Positions 37,510 through 48,644 are shown, counted from the first letter of the stretch. The stretch: 64,000 nt of DNA from Candidatus Thorarchaeota archaeon (GCA_016933575.1 JAFGAR010000028.1:32001-96000), one strand, 5' to 3'. Translations and numbers: made by a program. The notes: a model not told the origin generated them from the sequence alone.

Positions 37510-38220
37510 CTAACTCTTAAGAAGATGGGCTGTTCCGCAATGTGCACAGACAACAGCATCATCAAATTCACCCGGTAGTGGAAGTGGAGCACCACAATTC
37601 TGACATTTCAGTTCTTTTAATTGTGAACGTTCTTGGGGAGTAAGTCTGATTTTAAAAACGCGTTCAGCAACATCTTGGATCGTCTTGCCAACCTTTTGAG
37701 CAGCTCTCGCAATCGCACTGCGCTCAGGATTTGTAAGTGAACCGAGTCCTACAGCTTGGAAGAAACTATCAATCGCTTTACCAATCTTTCCAAACATCGA
37801 TCCCGCTTTCCATGCTATCACATCAGAACAATAGAGTTGCAGTATCTCTGAATCGGGATGACCAGGTATTTCATATCCTCGTTCCCAATCAATTCTATTT
37901 GATGTTGGAGGAGCCAGTTCCGCTCCACAATCTGGACATATTAATTTCCAATCAGGTTTCTTGAAGAAGCCCTTTCTAATTTTTCGTTCACCGACATCAT
38001 ACCAGCATCTCTTATGTGCAATCTTTTCACAAGAGGGACAGGAGAAGAGATAGTACATATCAGGCCTTACTTTAGCCTTCCCACCAGTGTGAACTCTGAG
38101 ATATGCCAAGTCCTTAGTTGTCCAATTGAGTAAGAAACTACCACATATGAAGCAGGTTCTTCCATCAAGTTTGTTCATTTTATCTGGCGTGATTCTCAAG
38201 GTTGTATGCACCATGTGCAT
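37510..38220 (-). CDS. C4HC3 (PHD/RINGv-like) finger protein with a C-terminal Zn ribbon
   Basis: CFIC...CPSC...HKRC...CPDC; CQNC...CAHC. Confidence 0.7.
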   Translation of the reverse strand: MHMVHTTLRITPDKMNKLDGRTCFICGSFLLNWTTKDLAYLRVHTGGKAKVRPDMYYLFSCPSCEKIAHKRCWYDVGERKIRKGFFKKPDWKLICPDCGAELAPPTSNRIDWERGYEIPGHPDSEILQLYCSDVIAWKAGSMFGKIGKAIDSFFQAVGLGSLTNPERSAIARAAQKVGKTIQDVAERVFKIRLTPQERSQLKELKCQNCGAPLPLPGEFDDAVVCAHCGTAHLLKS

Positions 38221-38396
38221 TGAAGAGCAAGGGCATAAGAATCTTACATCTTGGGAAAATTCGGGTATATGGAAATGACGAAGTTGGATTTCACATCAGC
38301 CGAAACCCTATTAGCAAGGTTTGGTGCGGCGAATGAATCAGCTTCCATATAATTAAGGAGGTATCAGCAATTTCCGATACAACACTTGTTGTAGAT

Positions 38397-41078
38397 TTGA
38401 AGAACATTGATGCAGCAACACTGGCAATGACGGGTGGAAAAGCAGCTAATCTGACAGCTTTGAGCAAAGCAGGTTTTCAGGTCCCAAAAGGATTTGTCAT
38501 AACAACTGATGCCTATAGAGAGTTTATCTCATTCAATAATCTTGAGCAGATTGCCAACAAGTATCTTGTAGATTTCAATCATGAAGACACTGAGCAACTA
38601 AGAAACGCTGCAAATAGAATGAGAGAAGAAATAGAGAAAGCATCATTGCCTGATCACTTGATTTCGAAGGTCAAATTGGCTTATAGTGAACTCGGTGAAG
38701 GATCTGTAGCAATACGATCATCTGCAACAGCAGAAGACTTACCAGATGCTTCATTTGCTGGGCAGTATGATACATCCTTGAATATTGAAGGGATTGATAA
38801 CGTTCTACACCATATCAAACGATGCTTTGCATCAATGTGGACGACAAGAGCTATTGCTTATCGCGAGGAGAACCATATTCCTCACGAACATGTGCGTCTG
38901 GCAGTTGTTGTTCAATCAATGATTCAACCAAAATGCGCAGGTGTGATGTTTACTCGGAATCCATTCTCAGAATCAACCTCTGAAATAATAATTGAATCTA
39001 ATTTTGGATTAGGAGAATCGGTCGTTTCAGGATATTCGATACCAGACCGTTATGTAGTCAACTGTATAGCTCCTGAAAATTACTCATTAGTCAGTAGAGA
39101 GATTGGCACTAAAGATACCATCATTGAACGAGACCACAGTGGGAAAGGTACACAACAGATAAAAATCTCACAAGAACAAAGCCAAAAATCATCACTTGAG
39201 GATGATGAAGTGCTAGAACTTGCTAAAATAGGCAGTTCTATCGAGAGATTCTTTAAATCACCTCAAGATGTGGAGTGGGCCATTGATTCTAAAGGAGATA
39301 TACACATTCTCCAAGCTCGACCTATCACAGTCCGTTATGAGAAGACCTCCAATCAGAAAGATGATGTGTTTTGGACACGGGGGTATGCTGATGACTATTG
39401 GAATGATCCGGTAACTCCGTTATACTTCAATCTCCTCGGAGACCAATTAATACACATCGTAAATGTCGAAGCTAATGCAATAATGGGATACAAAGACATG
39501 CCTGAAGAACTTCTGAAATTGCATAAAGGACATGCATACTTCAACCTTGATGTATTGAGACGAAAGGTCGTCAATGAGATGCCACCATTCATTAGGTCGG
39601 ATGATGTGATGAACTACTTTCCTGAAGGAGCAGGACCTTTTGGGAAAGATACTATGAGAAAACTGCCTTTTGCACTCAAAACACGGATAATGGCAGAAAT
39701 CAGAGTGATGCTGCTAGATGGCGACGGGAGTATGACAAAGACGAATGATGTCTATGAAAAATGGACCAAAGAAGTATTCATACCAGAGTGCATGAAATTT
39801 GATGAAGCATTCAACAGATTAGAATCAGGGAGTACTGCTCAGGATTATTTGGCTATTGCTGATGATCTTGACATCACCATGATGAAGCATTTCAGAATGG
39901 TCAGATATGGTCTACCAGTACATACCCTAGGAATGAATCTAATTACCAACTATCTCCTTCGTCGTTGGCTTGGCGAGAAAGCGGCAACTGCTATGTACCC
40001 GATACTCCTCTCAGGACTGGAACACAAGACCAGTGAAACAAACAAGAGAATAGAGGAGCTTGCATCTATCATTCGACAGGACAAAAATCTTGAAGAGAAA
40101 ATCCTAGGTTTGAAATCCAAGGAGATTCTTGATTCACTAAAAAGAAGTAATTCAATAAATGAACGTACCTTCATTGAAAAGTTCAACACGTTTCTTGATG
40201 ACTTTGGAGATCGTGGTTTTACAAGAGAAACCTATTATCCAAGATGGAGAGAGTCACCAGAATATGTGTTTGATATTCTAAAATCACTTGTATCTGAACA
40301 AGGCAAGAACCTTATCCAAAATGAAGAAGCCCTAGCTAAGAGGAGGAAAAAAGCAGAGCAGTTAGTTGAAGAGGTGATTCGAAAACAACGATTTGGTCCG
40401 ATTAAATGGATGCTTTTCTCAACCATTTTGGGAATGGCAAGAACTTATGTCGGATTCCGTGAGAATCAGAGATTCAATTTGGATAGATGGATTACTCGAG
40501 AGAGAAAGGCGTACCTTGAGATTGGAAAACAACTAATCCATCAGGGGTATCTGCAAGAACCAAGTCATATTTTCTTTTTATACCGTAATGAGATTAGGGC
40601 GATTGTAAGAGAAAAGAACTCACTCAGTAAAGATGAAACGAAGTCATTTGTTGAGGAAAGAAAAGAAGAATTCCTCAAGTATGAGAATATCACACCGCCC
40701 AAGTTCATGTATGGAAACAGGGAATTTGATGATCCTATGCCAGATTCAGTCGAAGGATATAGTGGAATGCCTGCTAGTCAGGGACTAATTACAGGAACTG
40801 TGAGGGTTCTAAATAGCGTGGAAGAGGTTTCACAGGTGAGAGCTGGTGAGATTCTAGTAGTACCGCGGACTGATCCAGGCTGGACACCAGTCTTTTCAAA
40901 GATTGGCGGCCTTGTGACTGAAACAGGAGGACTCCTCTCTCATGGTGCTGTTGTTTCACGAGAGTTTGGAATTCCAGCGGTCACGAATATTAGAAATGCA
41001 TGTATGATTTTCAAGACTGGGCAAAAAATAACATTAGATGGAAATCTTGGAAAAATAGTCTTACATGAAACGGAGTAG
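38397..41078 (+). CDS. PEP-synthase/rifampin-phosphotransferase-like dikinase
   Basis: GGKAANL, RSSATAED..ASFAGQ, DVEWA, LQARPIT; C-terminal swivel domain TDPGWTP..GGLLSHGAVVSRE. Confidence 0.88.
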   Translation: MKNIDAATLAMTGGKAANLTALSKAGFQVPKGFVITTDAYREFISFNNLEQIANKYLVDFNHEDTEQLRNAANRMREEIEKASLPDHLISKVKLAYSELGEGSVAIRSSATAEDLPDASFAGQYDTSLNIEGIDNVLHHIKRCFASMWTTRAIAYREENHIPHEHVRLAVVVQSMIQPKCAGVMFTRNPFSESTSEIIIESNFGLGESVVSGYSIPDRYVVNCIAPENYSLVSREIGTKDTIIERDHSGKGTQQIKISQEQSQKSSLEDDEVLELAKIGSSIERFFKSPQDVEWAIDSKGDIHILQARPITVRYEKTSNQKDDVFWTRGYADDYWNDPVTPLYFNLLGDQLIHIVNVEANAIMGYKDMPEELLKLHKGHAYFNLDVLRRKVVNEMPPFIRSDDVMNYFPEGAGPFGKDTMRKLPFALKTRIMAEIRVMLLDGDGSMTKTNDVYEKWTKEVFIPECMKFDEAFNRLESGSTAQDYLAIADDLDITMMKHFRMVRYGLPVHTLGMNLITNYLLRRWLGEKAATAMYPILLSGLEHKTSETNKRIEELASIIRQDKNLEEKILGLKSKEILDSLKRSNSINERTFIEKFNTFLDDFGDRGFTRETYYPRWRESPEYVFDILKSLVSEQGKNLIQNEEALAKRRKKAEQLVEEVIRKQRFGPIKWMLFSTILGMARTYVGFRENQRFNLDRWITRERKAYLEIGKQLIHQGYLQEPSHIFFLYRNEIRAIVREKNSLSKDETKSFVEERKEEFLKYENITPPKFMYGNREFDDPMPDSVEGYSGMPASQGLITGTVRVLNSVEEVSQVRAGEILVVPRTDPGWTPVFSKIGGLVTETGGLLSHGAVVSREFGIPAVTNIRNACMIFKTGQKITLDGNLGKIVLHETE

Positions 41079-42054
41079 AACACCATTGGAACCATTGATA
41101 CATAGAATTGATTCGACAAATGCAGAATGGAATGAAAGTTATTACTTCATCTTCTATGACAAAGAGAATAGAATTGGAGGAATGAGTAGAGTAGGATTCA
41201 AACCGAATAAAAAAGAGGGGATGGCCTTCTTCTTCATCTTCCTACCTGATGGAACAGTTGCAGCATTTCATGCAAAAGATGATGCAGGAAATTATCCTGA
41301 AGCACTCAAGGTCGAATCAGTGAATCACCAATGCCAATGTGATGGTGCTTGGAAGTACTCCTTCGAGGGGCCTATGTTAGTTTTCAATAATCCGGAGGAT
41401 TTTGCTCAAGTACAGGAGAATCCTGAAGTCATCAGTGATTTGATTGGCGCTAAGCTTGATTTGAGTTACAATGCGATAAATGAAACATACGAGTACAGCG
41501 AACATATGACTGCTGAATCACTTAAGATTGGAAAAAAGACTGGTGATATGCATTGGGAGCAGATTGGAAAAGTCACAGGTACTGTTCAAATTGGAGAAAA
41601 GCTATACCAGATTAACGAATGCCTCGGACAGAGAGACCATACCTACGGGATTAGAGATTGGACCGGTGTTGGAAATTGGTTCTATTTTGTAATATGGTTC
41701 GATGAGAAACTTGCGATAAATCCTGCAGCTGTTGTTCTAGACGATAATCGTGTTGGGTCAGGTGGTTTCATTTTCAAGGATGGCGAGAATATACCTCTCG
41801 TAACAATCCAACTTTTAGAGCATAAATATCAAGAAAATGGGATCTTTCCAATTTCTACGACACTTGAGTTAATCGATGCAAAGGGACAGAAATATCTCTT
41901 GAAGGCAACACCAGGACCACTAGTACCCGTACCATTTAGAGGAGATGATGGCAGTCTCTCGTATTTGATCCAGTCATTCGGGTCATTCCAGTTGGATGAT
42001 TTAAAAGATGGATATGGTTCATATGAGGTTCTCAGGAAATCAATATCAGACTGA
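41065..42054 (+). CDS. AttH/tocopherol-cyclase-like beta-barrel protein
   Basis: WNESYYF, HWEQ.G...G, GQRDHTYGIRDW; overlaps the upstream stop. Confidence 0.65.
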   Translation: MKRSRTPLEPLIHRIDSTNAEWNESYYFIFYDKENRIGGMSRVGFKPNKKEGMAFFFIFLPDGTVAAFHAKDDAGNYPEALKVESVNHQCQCDGAWKYSFEGPMLVFNNPEDFAQVQENPEVISDLIGAKLDLSYNAINETYEYSEHMTAESLKIGKKTGDMHWEQIGKVTGTVQIGEKLYQINECLGQRDHTYGIRDWTGVGNWFYFVIWFDEKLAINPAAVVLDDNRVGSGGFIFKDGENIPLVTIQLLEHKYQENGIFPISTTLELIDAKGQKYLLKATPGPLVPVPFRGDDGSLSYLIQSFGSFQLDDLKDGYGSYEVLRKSISD

Positions 42055-42110
42055 ATGTATGATGCACGAATATATTAGAGAAGAATGCGAAAAATGCAGA
42101 GGTCAGACTG

Positions 42111-42767
42111 ATGTTTGAATACGTGCAAGAGAGGGAATTCTCGGCCCGACTTGAACCGAGAACAATGATTTATGTCATTACAATTGGAGAAACTGAGGAA
42201 ATCGGTTCAACCAAGCTTACAGAGAAGGGGAGAAACCAAGTCCTGGAGCTTGCTCATTCTAGACTTGTTGCTGGAATCAGGATTATGTATAGCGATCCAT
42301 CAAATGCTGCAATTCAAACATCAGAAATACTCCGGAGAGAGTTTGAGTGCAAAATGGAGAAGAGAAGCTGTCTCTCGGAAATTAATTGGGGTTTCAAATG
42401 GGATGATATTGAACAGCTTAAGGAAAATCTGCCTAAGATGTGGTCTGATGAAAATGAGAGTGTGAACAGAGGAGAATCATTAGCTGAGGCTAGAGAGAGG
42501 ATAGGCATATGTATGAATGAGATAGCCGTAAAACATGTAGGAGATAGCTTAGCAGTCGTGATGCATCCACTCATAACAACGCTGTTTCATTCTCTTGTTA
42601 CAGCAGCACCACTTGAGTTCAAGGATTGGCTAATGATGGGATATGCAGCATGTGCATCTTATGAATATACAAAGAAAGGGTGGACACTAGTTATGCCTCC
42701 AGATAACAGCTTTCAGAGTGATCCCTCATGCACAGGCGATATTCTTCCAGAAGACATCTTTGAATAG
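42111..42767 (+). CDS. Histidine-phosphatase-fold protein lacking the RHG motif
   Basis: LTEKGRNQ, LSEINWG, GESL.EA.ER, VVMH; the RHG position reads TIG. Confidence 0.7.
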   Translation: MFEYVQEREFSARLEPRTMIYVITIGETEEIGSTKLTEKGRNQVLELAHSRLVAGIRIMYSDPSNAAIQTSEILRREFECKMEKRSCLSEINWGFKWDDIEQLKENLPKMWSDENESVNRGESLAEARERIGICMNEIAVKHVGDSLAVVMHPLITTLFHSLVTAAPLEFKDWLMMGYAACASYEYTKKGWTLVMPPDNSFQSDPSCTGDILPEDIFE

Positions 42768-42835
42768 AAAAAGAAAGAAATGGAAGTTGAAGCTAAGCCA
42801 CTCAGACTTGAACCTCAACAACCATCCTAGTAGGA

Positions 42836-45800
42836 TTATCTTCGTCGATACATGACGCAGACAATTATCACAAGAGCAACAACTCCACCCACTATTATGT
42901 AAAGAGTGATTGGATTACCTTCACCAGTGGTGTAGGTCGTTGTTGACCCCGTTTGAAATGCACTTGTATATGCAACAAAAACAGGATCACAGATTATCTC
43001 TTCACCGCCCCAGTTTTCATAACCTGCAGTCATGAACAACATTGATGCTTCAATATTGAAGTTGGTCACAGAAGTACCTGATGCTGATTCGTACATGACA
43101 GAGAATGCACCAATCGGTGCAGTAGATGAACCAGATGTGTAGATAGTTGAATGACCATCTCCACCCCAAGTGTATGGCAGACCGCCCATTGTAACATTTG
43201 CATAGGGAGTATCCGCAGCTCCAAATTGATAATATGAAGCATCAAGACTTGCACCATTTGTGTCTGTAACAGGGCGTTGACCAGCGGTATAACGAGTTGC
43301 TGTCACTGTACCTAGAACACCGAAAAAGTTCACAGCTAGGCTGCGTCCTTCAAGTACACTATCATCAAAGTCGTGCATGGTCCATTCACCGAATCTCTGA
43401 TCAACTTTGAATGAAACAGCATGATTCCACGTAATTGGATCATCAGCATCGAATGCAACCATATCTACATTGAAAGTGATATCAAAAGACATCTCGTCCA
43501 CAGTTGCTTGAGTGACCCAATAGTCAAAGCTAGTGGAGTTCAGCCCGACAGCACCTTGGTAGGATTCTCTGAAGTCCCAGGCTCCTCTCAATGCAGAAGA
43601 ATGTTCGATGCGGAGAGGATAGATAGTCACATTGACATCAGTGATTGTGACTCCGAAATTGACCTCAGTATCAGGATCAACAATAACACTACCAGAGTTA
43701 TTCGTAGCACCAAAGGGTCTCCGAAGCTCTACCTCACCAACGCTATCGATGAGAACCAGATGAGTCACTTCATCTGAGGTGACTTGTCCTCCTTCTATTG
43801 AGAAATCTGGAGCACTTGGAGTAGGACCAAGACCGTCATTGAAGATCAACAAACCAGCATACTCTGCTCTGAAATGTGCAAGAGTGGCTTCTGTATCAGA
43901 CAGTGCAACAAAGAAGTTCTGTGTTGTTCCCCATGCAAACCATGTCGTAGACCACTTGCCATGTTCAATTCCTGGAATATTATCTAGATTGATTGTTCGA
44001 TTAACAGACAACCATGAGATATAGTCATACCCAGGAGTGGATACGTCATTTCCAAGATCAGCCCATAGCAGGTCTTGAATTTCAATCATCTCGCTTTCGC
44101 TAAGAGGACTGCCATCGGATGCGTGATACCAGTAGAAGGTCTCATTTGCTTCATACCAGATGTTCAGTTCAACAACACCCATCCAGTTTGAAGACCAGAA
44201 CTCATCACCAGCCACGCCGGGACTTGGATCAAAACCGACGCCAACTAGCATACCATTGATTGTGATATTGCCTTCATCACTCCAATAACCAGTTCTCTTA
44301 ATGAAGTACTGATCATTCGTAGTGTATTCATTGCCATCAAGGTCTATTGCACCATTTTCAGTCACGACCCAAATTGGTGGTGTGTATGAAGGAAGGTCTC
44401 CAAGACGAAGGTGACGTGGACTCCATAGAGTATCACTAGAGATGTCAGATTGTCTGTATTGATCCGTCCATTCATTATAGAGGATAAGATACTGTGCAAC
44501 AGTCATCTGACCAGCGGTTACCAACCACCAAGGATAGCTCCATGTACTATTTCCAGCATCCCAAATCCTCACATTCTGAATAACACCAATCTTCAACTGG
44601 GCTTGGTCAATCACCATTGACGGTGCAGTGTCATTGAAATGGAATTGAATTTTCAGAGTTGTGAGATCTTCACCTAGTTCTAGGTCATAGTCATCCACTG
44701 TCCAGTCATTGGATGTGATTACAGTACTCCACAATTGTGTACCACCACGCAAGTACATACTAATACGATATTGAGAACTAGTTGTAGGTAGACCTGTGTC
44801 AAAGTCAATTACCATTGTGTGAGTAATCTCATATCGCCAATAATGCGTGTCATTTCCATCCATTCCAGAACCTTTGACGTTAAGTGTGAAGTCTTTCAGT
44901 TCCTGAGAGATATTGAATAAACCTAGTCCATCTGGTGTCTTATAGACAATAGAGCCATTGATTTCGTTAACATTTCTGTGTACGAGAAATGTCAAATTTA
45001 ATGGCTGCTCTTGTAAGGCAATATCTGCAATATTACCTGTTAGATCATAGACAAAAGCTTCAATGAAAGCTGTACGGAATGCTAGTTTCATTGTTTCCTT
45101 GGTTGTTATCTCAGGTCTCTTAATTAGAGGATCTCCATTGACATCAAGAACTGTGACCAAGTCCATCTCAGGTCGAATGGTCCCACCAAAACCCCAAGCA
45201 GGATCAAGGTCTGTCTCGTTTGTGAAATATCCTCCCCATTGAATCCGGGTTCGACCATCAAAGATACCTGTGAGGACAGGTTCTGATACATAATACTTGC
45301 TGATGTCGATAGTTGAATTCTCAACACAAGTGAGGAAGGGGAACCACATTCCCAGATTACCGCCAAGATCGAGCCAGCTCCAAGTGACATTAAGATAACC
45401 AGCAAGAACATAGGCGTTTGTGGAATTGACCTTCAGAAACATAAACGGATACAGATCCATTTCAGTTTGAGTCCAAGCAACATTACTATTGAATAGAACA
45501 GACTCGCTTACTTCCAAACCAACAGGCATCGTCAAATTCCTTGCAATTCTAAGGTTTGAATCCCAAGTCAATTGTGTGAAGGGTATCAAAGTTTCTCCAA
45601 TTCCAGCATTAGATATTAGTCGAACGATAAACGTGTCATTAACATCAGCATAATGCATGATATGACTGGTCTCATCTACAATATCTGCATAGTAGTAATC
45701 TGGAAGAGAGAAATCTAACGGATTGACTGCCGTACCAAATCCGATTGGTGGACTTCCATATTCCCCACGAGTATTAGATGCAAGCCAGGAGGGTGAAACA

Positions 45801-46393
45801 GGTCGACCATCTGTATCAATGACTTGCATTCCAGTGTAGAAGATTCCTGCCATGGGCAAGTCAAACGTGACATCAAAAACCACGAGATAGTAATCAGATT
45901 CATCGTAATATTCTGAATTGATGCTATCTAGTGAAATGAAATCAGCAGGTCTTGGCTCATCACTTCCTAATATGTATGTGAAAGCCATACTATTCCATTT
46001 ATCAGATGTAGCATTATACTCAAGGCCGAAGTATGGAGCTCGAATACCTACTCGTATTCCCCAGAATTGAACTACGTCCAATTCATTACCTTCTCCAAGA
46101 AATGCCTTGGGTACTGTGATGTTTATGAATAGTTCATCTCCAAGGTTTATTCTGTAATTATTCTCAGCGATTTCAGTCAGGTTATCAGCATACCCAATCC
46201 ACACGTTAGGCTGCGGTCCAAAGACCCAGGTAGAGTGTTGATCCTCGTGAGAGAATTGAGTGGTCTCATTCTCCACAAGCCATTGAACACCTAATACTGG
46301 TTCAGCTTCAGACTGAGCTGTGGCTGGTTTAACTGCACCTGCGATACTCACCAATAACATAGTGATCAGCATAATTGTGCTTATTTTCTTCAT
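42836..46393 (-). CDS. Large membrane-anchored surface (S-layer-like) glycoprotein
   Basis: Signal peptide MKKISTIML, many NxS/T sequons, Thr-rich linker, C-terminal TM ending RRR. Confidence 0.8.
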   Translation of the reverse strand: MKKISTIMLITMLLVSIAGAVKPATAQSEAEPVLGVQWLVENETTQFSHEDQHSTWVFGPQPNVWIGYADNLTEIAENNYRINLGDELFINITVPKAFLGEGNELDVVQFWGIRVGIRAPYFGLEYNATSDKWNSMAFTYILGSDEPRPADFISLDSINSEYYDESDYYLVVFDVTFDLPMAGIFYTGMQVIDTDGRPVSPSWLASNTRGEYGSPPIGFGTAVNPLDFSLPDYYYADIVDETSHIMHYADVNDTFIVRLISNAGIGETLIPFTQLTWDSNLRIARNLTMPVGLEVSESVLFNSNVAWTQTEMDLYPFMFLKVNSTNAYVLAGYLNVTWSWLDLGGNLGMWFPFLTCVENSTIDISKYYVSEPVLTGIFDGRTRIQWGGYFTNETDLDPAWGFGGTIRPEMDLVTVLDVNGDPLIKRPEITTKETMKLAFRTAFIEAFVYDLTGNIADIALQEQPLNLTFLVHRNVNEINGSIVYKTPDGLGLFNISQELKDFTLNVKGSGMDGNDTHYWRYEITHTMVIDFDTGLPTTSSQYRISMYLRGGTQLWSTVITSNDWTVDDYDLELGEDLTTLKIQFHFNDTAPSMVIDQAQLKIGVIQNVRIWDAGNSTWSYPWWLVTAGQMTVAQYLILYNEWTDQYRQSDISSDTLWSPRHLRLGDLPSYTPPIWVVTENGAIDLDGNEYTTNDQYFIKRTGYWSDEGNITINGMLVGVGFDPSPGVAGDEFWSSNWMGVVELNIWYEANETFYWYHASDGSPLSESEMIEIQDLLWADLGNDVSTPGYDYISWLSVNRTINLDNIPGIEHGKWSTTWFAWGTTQNFFVALSDTEATLAHFRAEYAGLLIFNDGLGPTPSAPDFSIEGGQVTSDEVTHLVLIDSVGEVELRRPFGATNNSGSVIVDPDTEVNFGVTITDVNVTIYPLRIEHSSALRGAWDFRESYQGAVGLNSTSFDYWVTQATVDEMSFDITFNVDMVAFDADDPITWNHAVSFKVDQRFGEWTMHDFDDSVLEGRSLAVNFFGVLGTVTATRYTAGQRPVTDTNGASLDASYYQFGAADTPYANVTMGGLPYTWGGDGHSTIYTSGSSTAPIGAFSVMYESASGTSVTNFNIEASMLFMTAGYENWGGEEIICDPVFVAYTSAFQTGSTTTYTTGEGNPITLYIIVGGVVALVIIVCVMYRRR

Positions 46394-46628
46394 TATCTTC
46401 ACCTCAGCAAGAACCAAGCGTGCAAGACATCCGTATTGCATATTCAACAATATGGGATTGACCTGAAAGAATATGATTGGAGTTTCCTACTGGTTCTCGT
46501 TGTTTTGGTGCTTTCATCCAAGGTACGTTCCTAATTACCTCTGATGGAAAAACCGACTAACTGCAGATATTCATGTATAATTAACATATATAGAGCATAT
46601 GTATGAATCATCCTTTTCACTAGAGATA

Positions 46629-48644
46629 TTATAATTCGTCAAAATAAACACGTAATAGCTCGGCAACACTTCTGGCTCGAGATACTGTACCTCGATCGCG
46701 ATGTGGTTTTGAACCATCGAACATATCTGAAACAGTACCAAGACAACCTCGACGAACTGAATTCAAGACTGGTCTGAAGAACTTCTTCTCAGCTTTTAGT
46801 TTATTCTCAGGAGTATCTCCATTTACTCGTAGCCATGCAGATATGTATGGACCAATTAACCAAGGATGGACAGTTCCCTGATGAGTTGCTGCTGCTCTAC
46901 TCCTAGGTCCACCCGTATAGGCTCGAGCATATCTTGTATCTGTGGGAGAAAGAGTCCTGAGTCCAAACGGAGTGAGTAGTTCTTTTGTCACAACTTTGAG
47001 AACAGAGTTGGCCTTCAATCTATCAAGGAGGGGATAAGGAAGACTGAGAGCAAAGATTTGGTTTGGTCGTATCGATTTATCATTTCCTTCATCAGTAACG
47101 ACATCATAGAGATAACCGAGTTCAGGATCCCAAAATGCCTGAATGAATGCTTCACGAATCCAAGAAGATACTGCTTGATACTCGTATGGGTCTCGTCCCA
47201 TGAACTCACACATCTCACCCATGGCCATCAATGCGTTGAACCAGAGTGCATTGACTTCTACACACTTACCAATTCTAGGTGTTGGAAACCAATCATCAAC
47301 ATGATCGTTCATCCATGAAACTTCAAAACCTTCGATTCCAGATATAATTAGACCATCATGATCTTCATGAATGTTAAATTTCGTTCCAATTCGATACGCG
47401 GCAATGATACTCTCCATTGTCTCCCAAATAATACCGCGAAGAAACTCAACATCGTTCGTGGCCTGAATGTATTTGTGCACAGCCATGATAAACCATAAAG
47501 ATGCATCAACAGAATCGTATTCTGGTTGAATACCTCTATCGGGAAAATCATTCGGCACTAGACCATATCGTGAATGGCGAGCATAATTCGTGAGTACAGC
47601 CCGAGCATCTTGAAAGCGACCGATGGACATTGTCAGTCCGGGGAGTGATACCATTGCATCGTGACCAATATCTGCAAGCTCATGATATCCTGCAATTATT
47701 GAACGCATGTTTGTAGATTCTCTATCTACAATGAATGTATCTGCATCAAGGATTAACCATTCTATATCTTCATCTCTTTCCTTCGCAGACATGGAGAATG
47801 CTCTGTCATTTAGAATCTTCCTTCTCCGTAGTTCTTCAAATCGTAGTTTTGCAAAGTCTTTCCTCTGTGCATTAGCGAGGGGTCCAAGACTACTCATAAG
47901 ATCTTTCTGAGAAGGACCTACAGCAAATAAGAATGATAGAAAATGTTCTCCAGGATCGAGAACTGTGTGAAAGACACCTGGAATGACCATCTCCTCCTCG
48001 TGAGGTAAGCCCATTGCTTTATCGCGTCTATAGATCTGGGGATCAGTTATCCGAATCTCACTTGGCATGAATTCAGCATCTGGAGTGTATGCATACATCC
48101 ATGGACTATTGGGTCGTTCATCAAAGGAGAAGTACGAATGGTTATTGATGATTTCAACGGAAGGAGTGAAATCAAGATGAGGGGGTCGTGCATGAAGGTC
48201 TCTACATGTTTGAAGAGGTGTCACTGTCAGAACACTTTCCTCGGTGTTCTTCAATTCATAATTTACGACGGTAATGTTCCGTCTATATGCCATAAAGACG
48301 GTCTTCTCAAGCTCAACACATCCAGTAGAATACACCATCTGAGGGAGTGGATTCAAATCGAATCGCTTTAGATATCTATAGCCTCGATGTGTTACTCCTT
48401 GTGTAGTCTGTTCAGTACTAAGATTGCATTCTCCTTCTGAATTAATCAGGACCTCGTCCAATCTTGATAATGTCAACCACCGGTCGACTGGAGGATTGAG
48501 AGATGAAACAAGAAGACCGTGGTATCCACGCACATTGAGACCTACTATTGTGGAAGAAGTATAGCCGCCTAAACCGTTCGTATAGAGCCATTCGAAAGTA
48601 ACAGCTCGATTCAATCGGAGATCAGCATCTTCCAAAGTTATCAA
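46629..48644 (-). CDS. Archaeal-type glycogen debranching enzyme (amylo-alpha-1,6-glucosidase) homolog with a divergent active site
   Basis: EWLYTNGLGGY, YHGLL, VDASLWF, RPNQ, LLTPFGLRTL. Confidence 0.85.
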   Translation of the reverse strand: MITLEDADLRLNRAVTFEWLYTNGLGGYTSSTIVGLNVRGYHGLLVSSLNPPVDRWLTLSRLDEVLINSEGECNLSTEQTTQGVTHRGYRYLKRFDLNPLPQMVYSTGCVELEKTVFMAYRRNITVVNYELKNTEESVLTVTPLQTCRDLHARPPHLDFTPSVEIINNHSYFSFDERPNSPWMYAYTPDAEFMPSEIRITDPQIYRRDKAMGLPHEEEMVIPGVFHTVLDPGEHFLSFLFAVGPSQKDLMSSLGPLANAQRKDFAKLRFEELRRRKILNDRAFSMSAKERDEDIEWLILDADTFIVDRESTNMRSIIAGYHELADIGHDAMVSLPGLTMSIGRFQDARAVLTNYARHSRYGLVPNDFPDRGIQPEYDSVDASLWFIMAVHKYIQATNDVEFLRGIIWETMESIIAAYRIGTKFNIHEDHDGLIISGIEGFEVSWMNDHVDDWFPTPRIGKCVEVNALWFNALMAMGEMCEFMGRDPYEYQAVSSWIREAFIQAFWDPELGYLYDVVTDEGNDKSIRPNQIFALSLPYPLLDRLKANSVLKVVTKELLTPFGLRTLSPTDTRYARAYTGGPRSRAAATHQGTVHPWLIGPYISAWLRVNGDTPENKLKAEKKFFRPVLNSVRRGCLGTVSDMFDGSKPHRDRGTVSRARSVAELLRVYFDEL

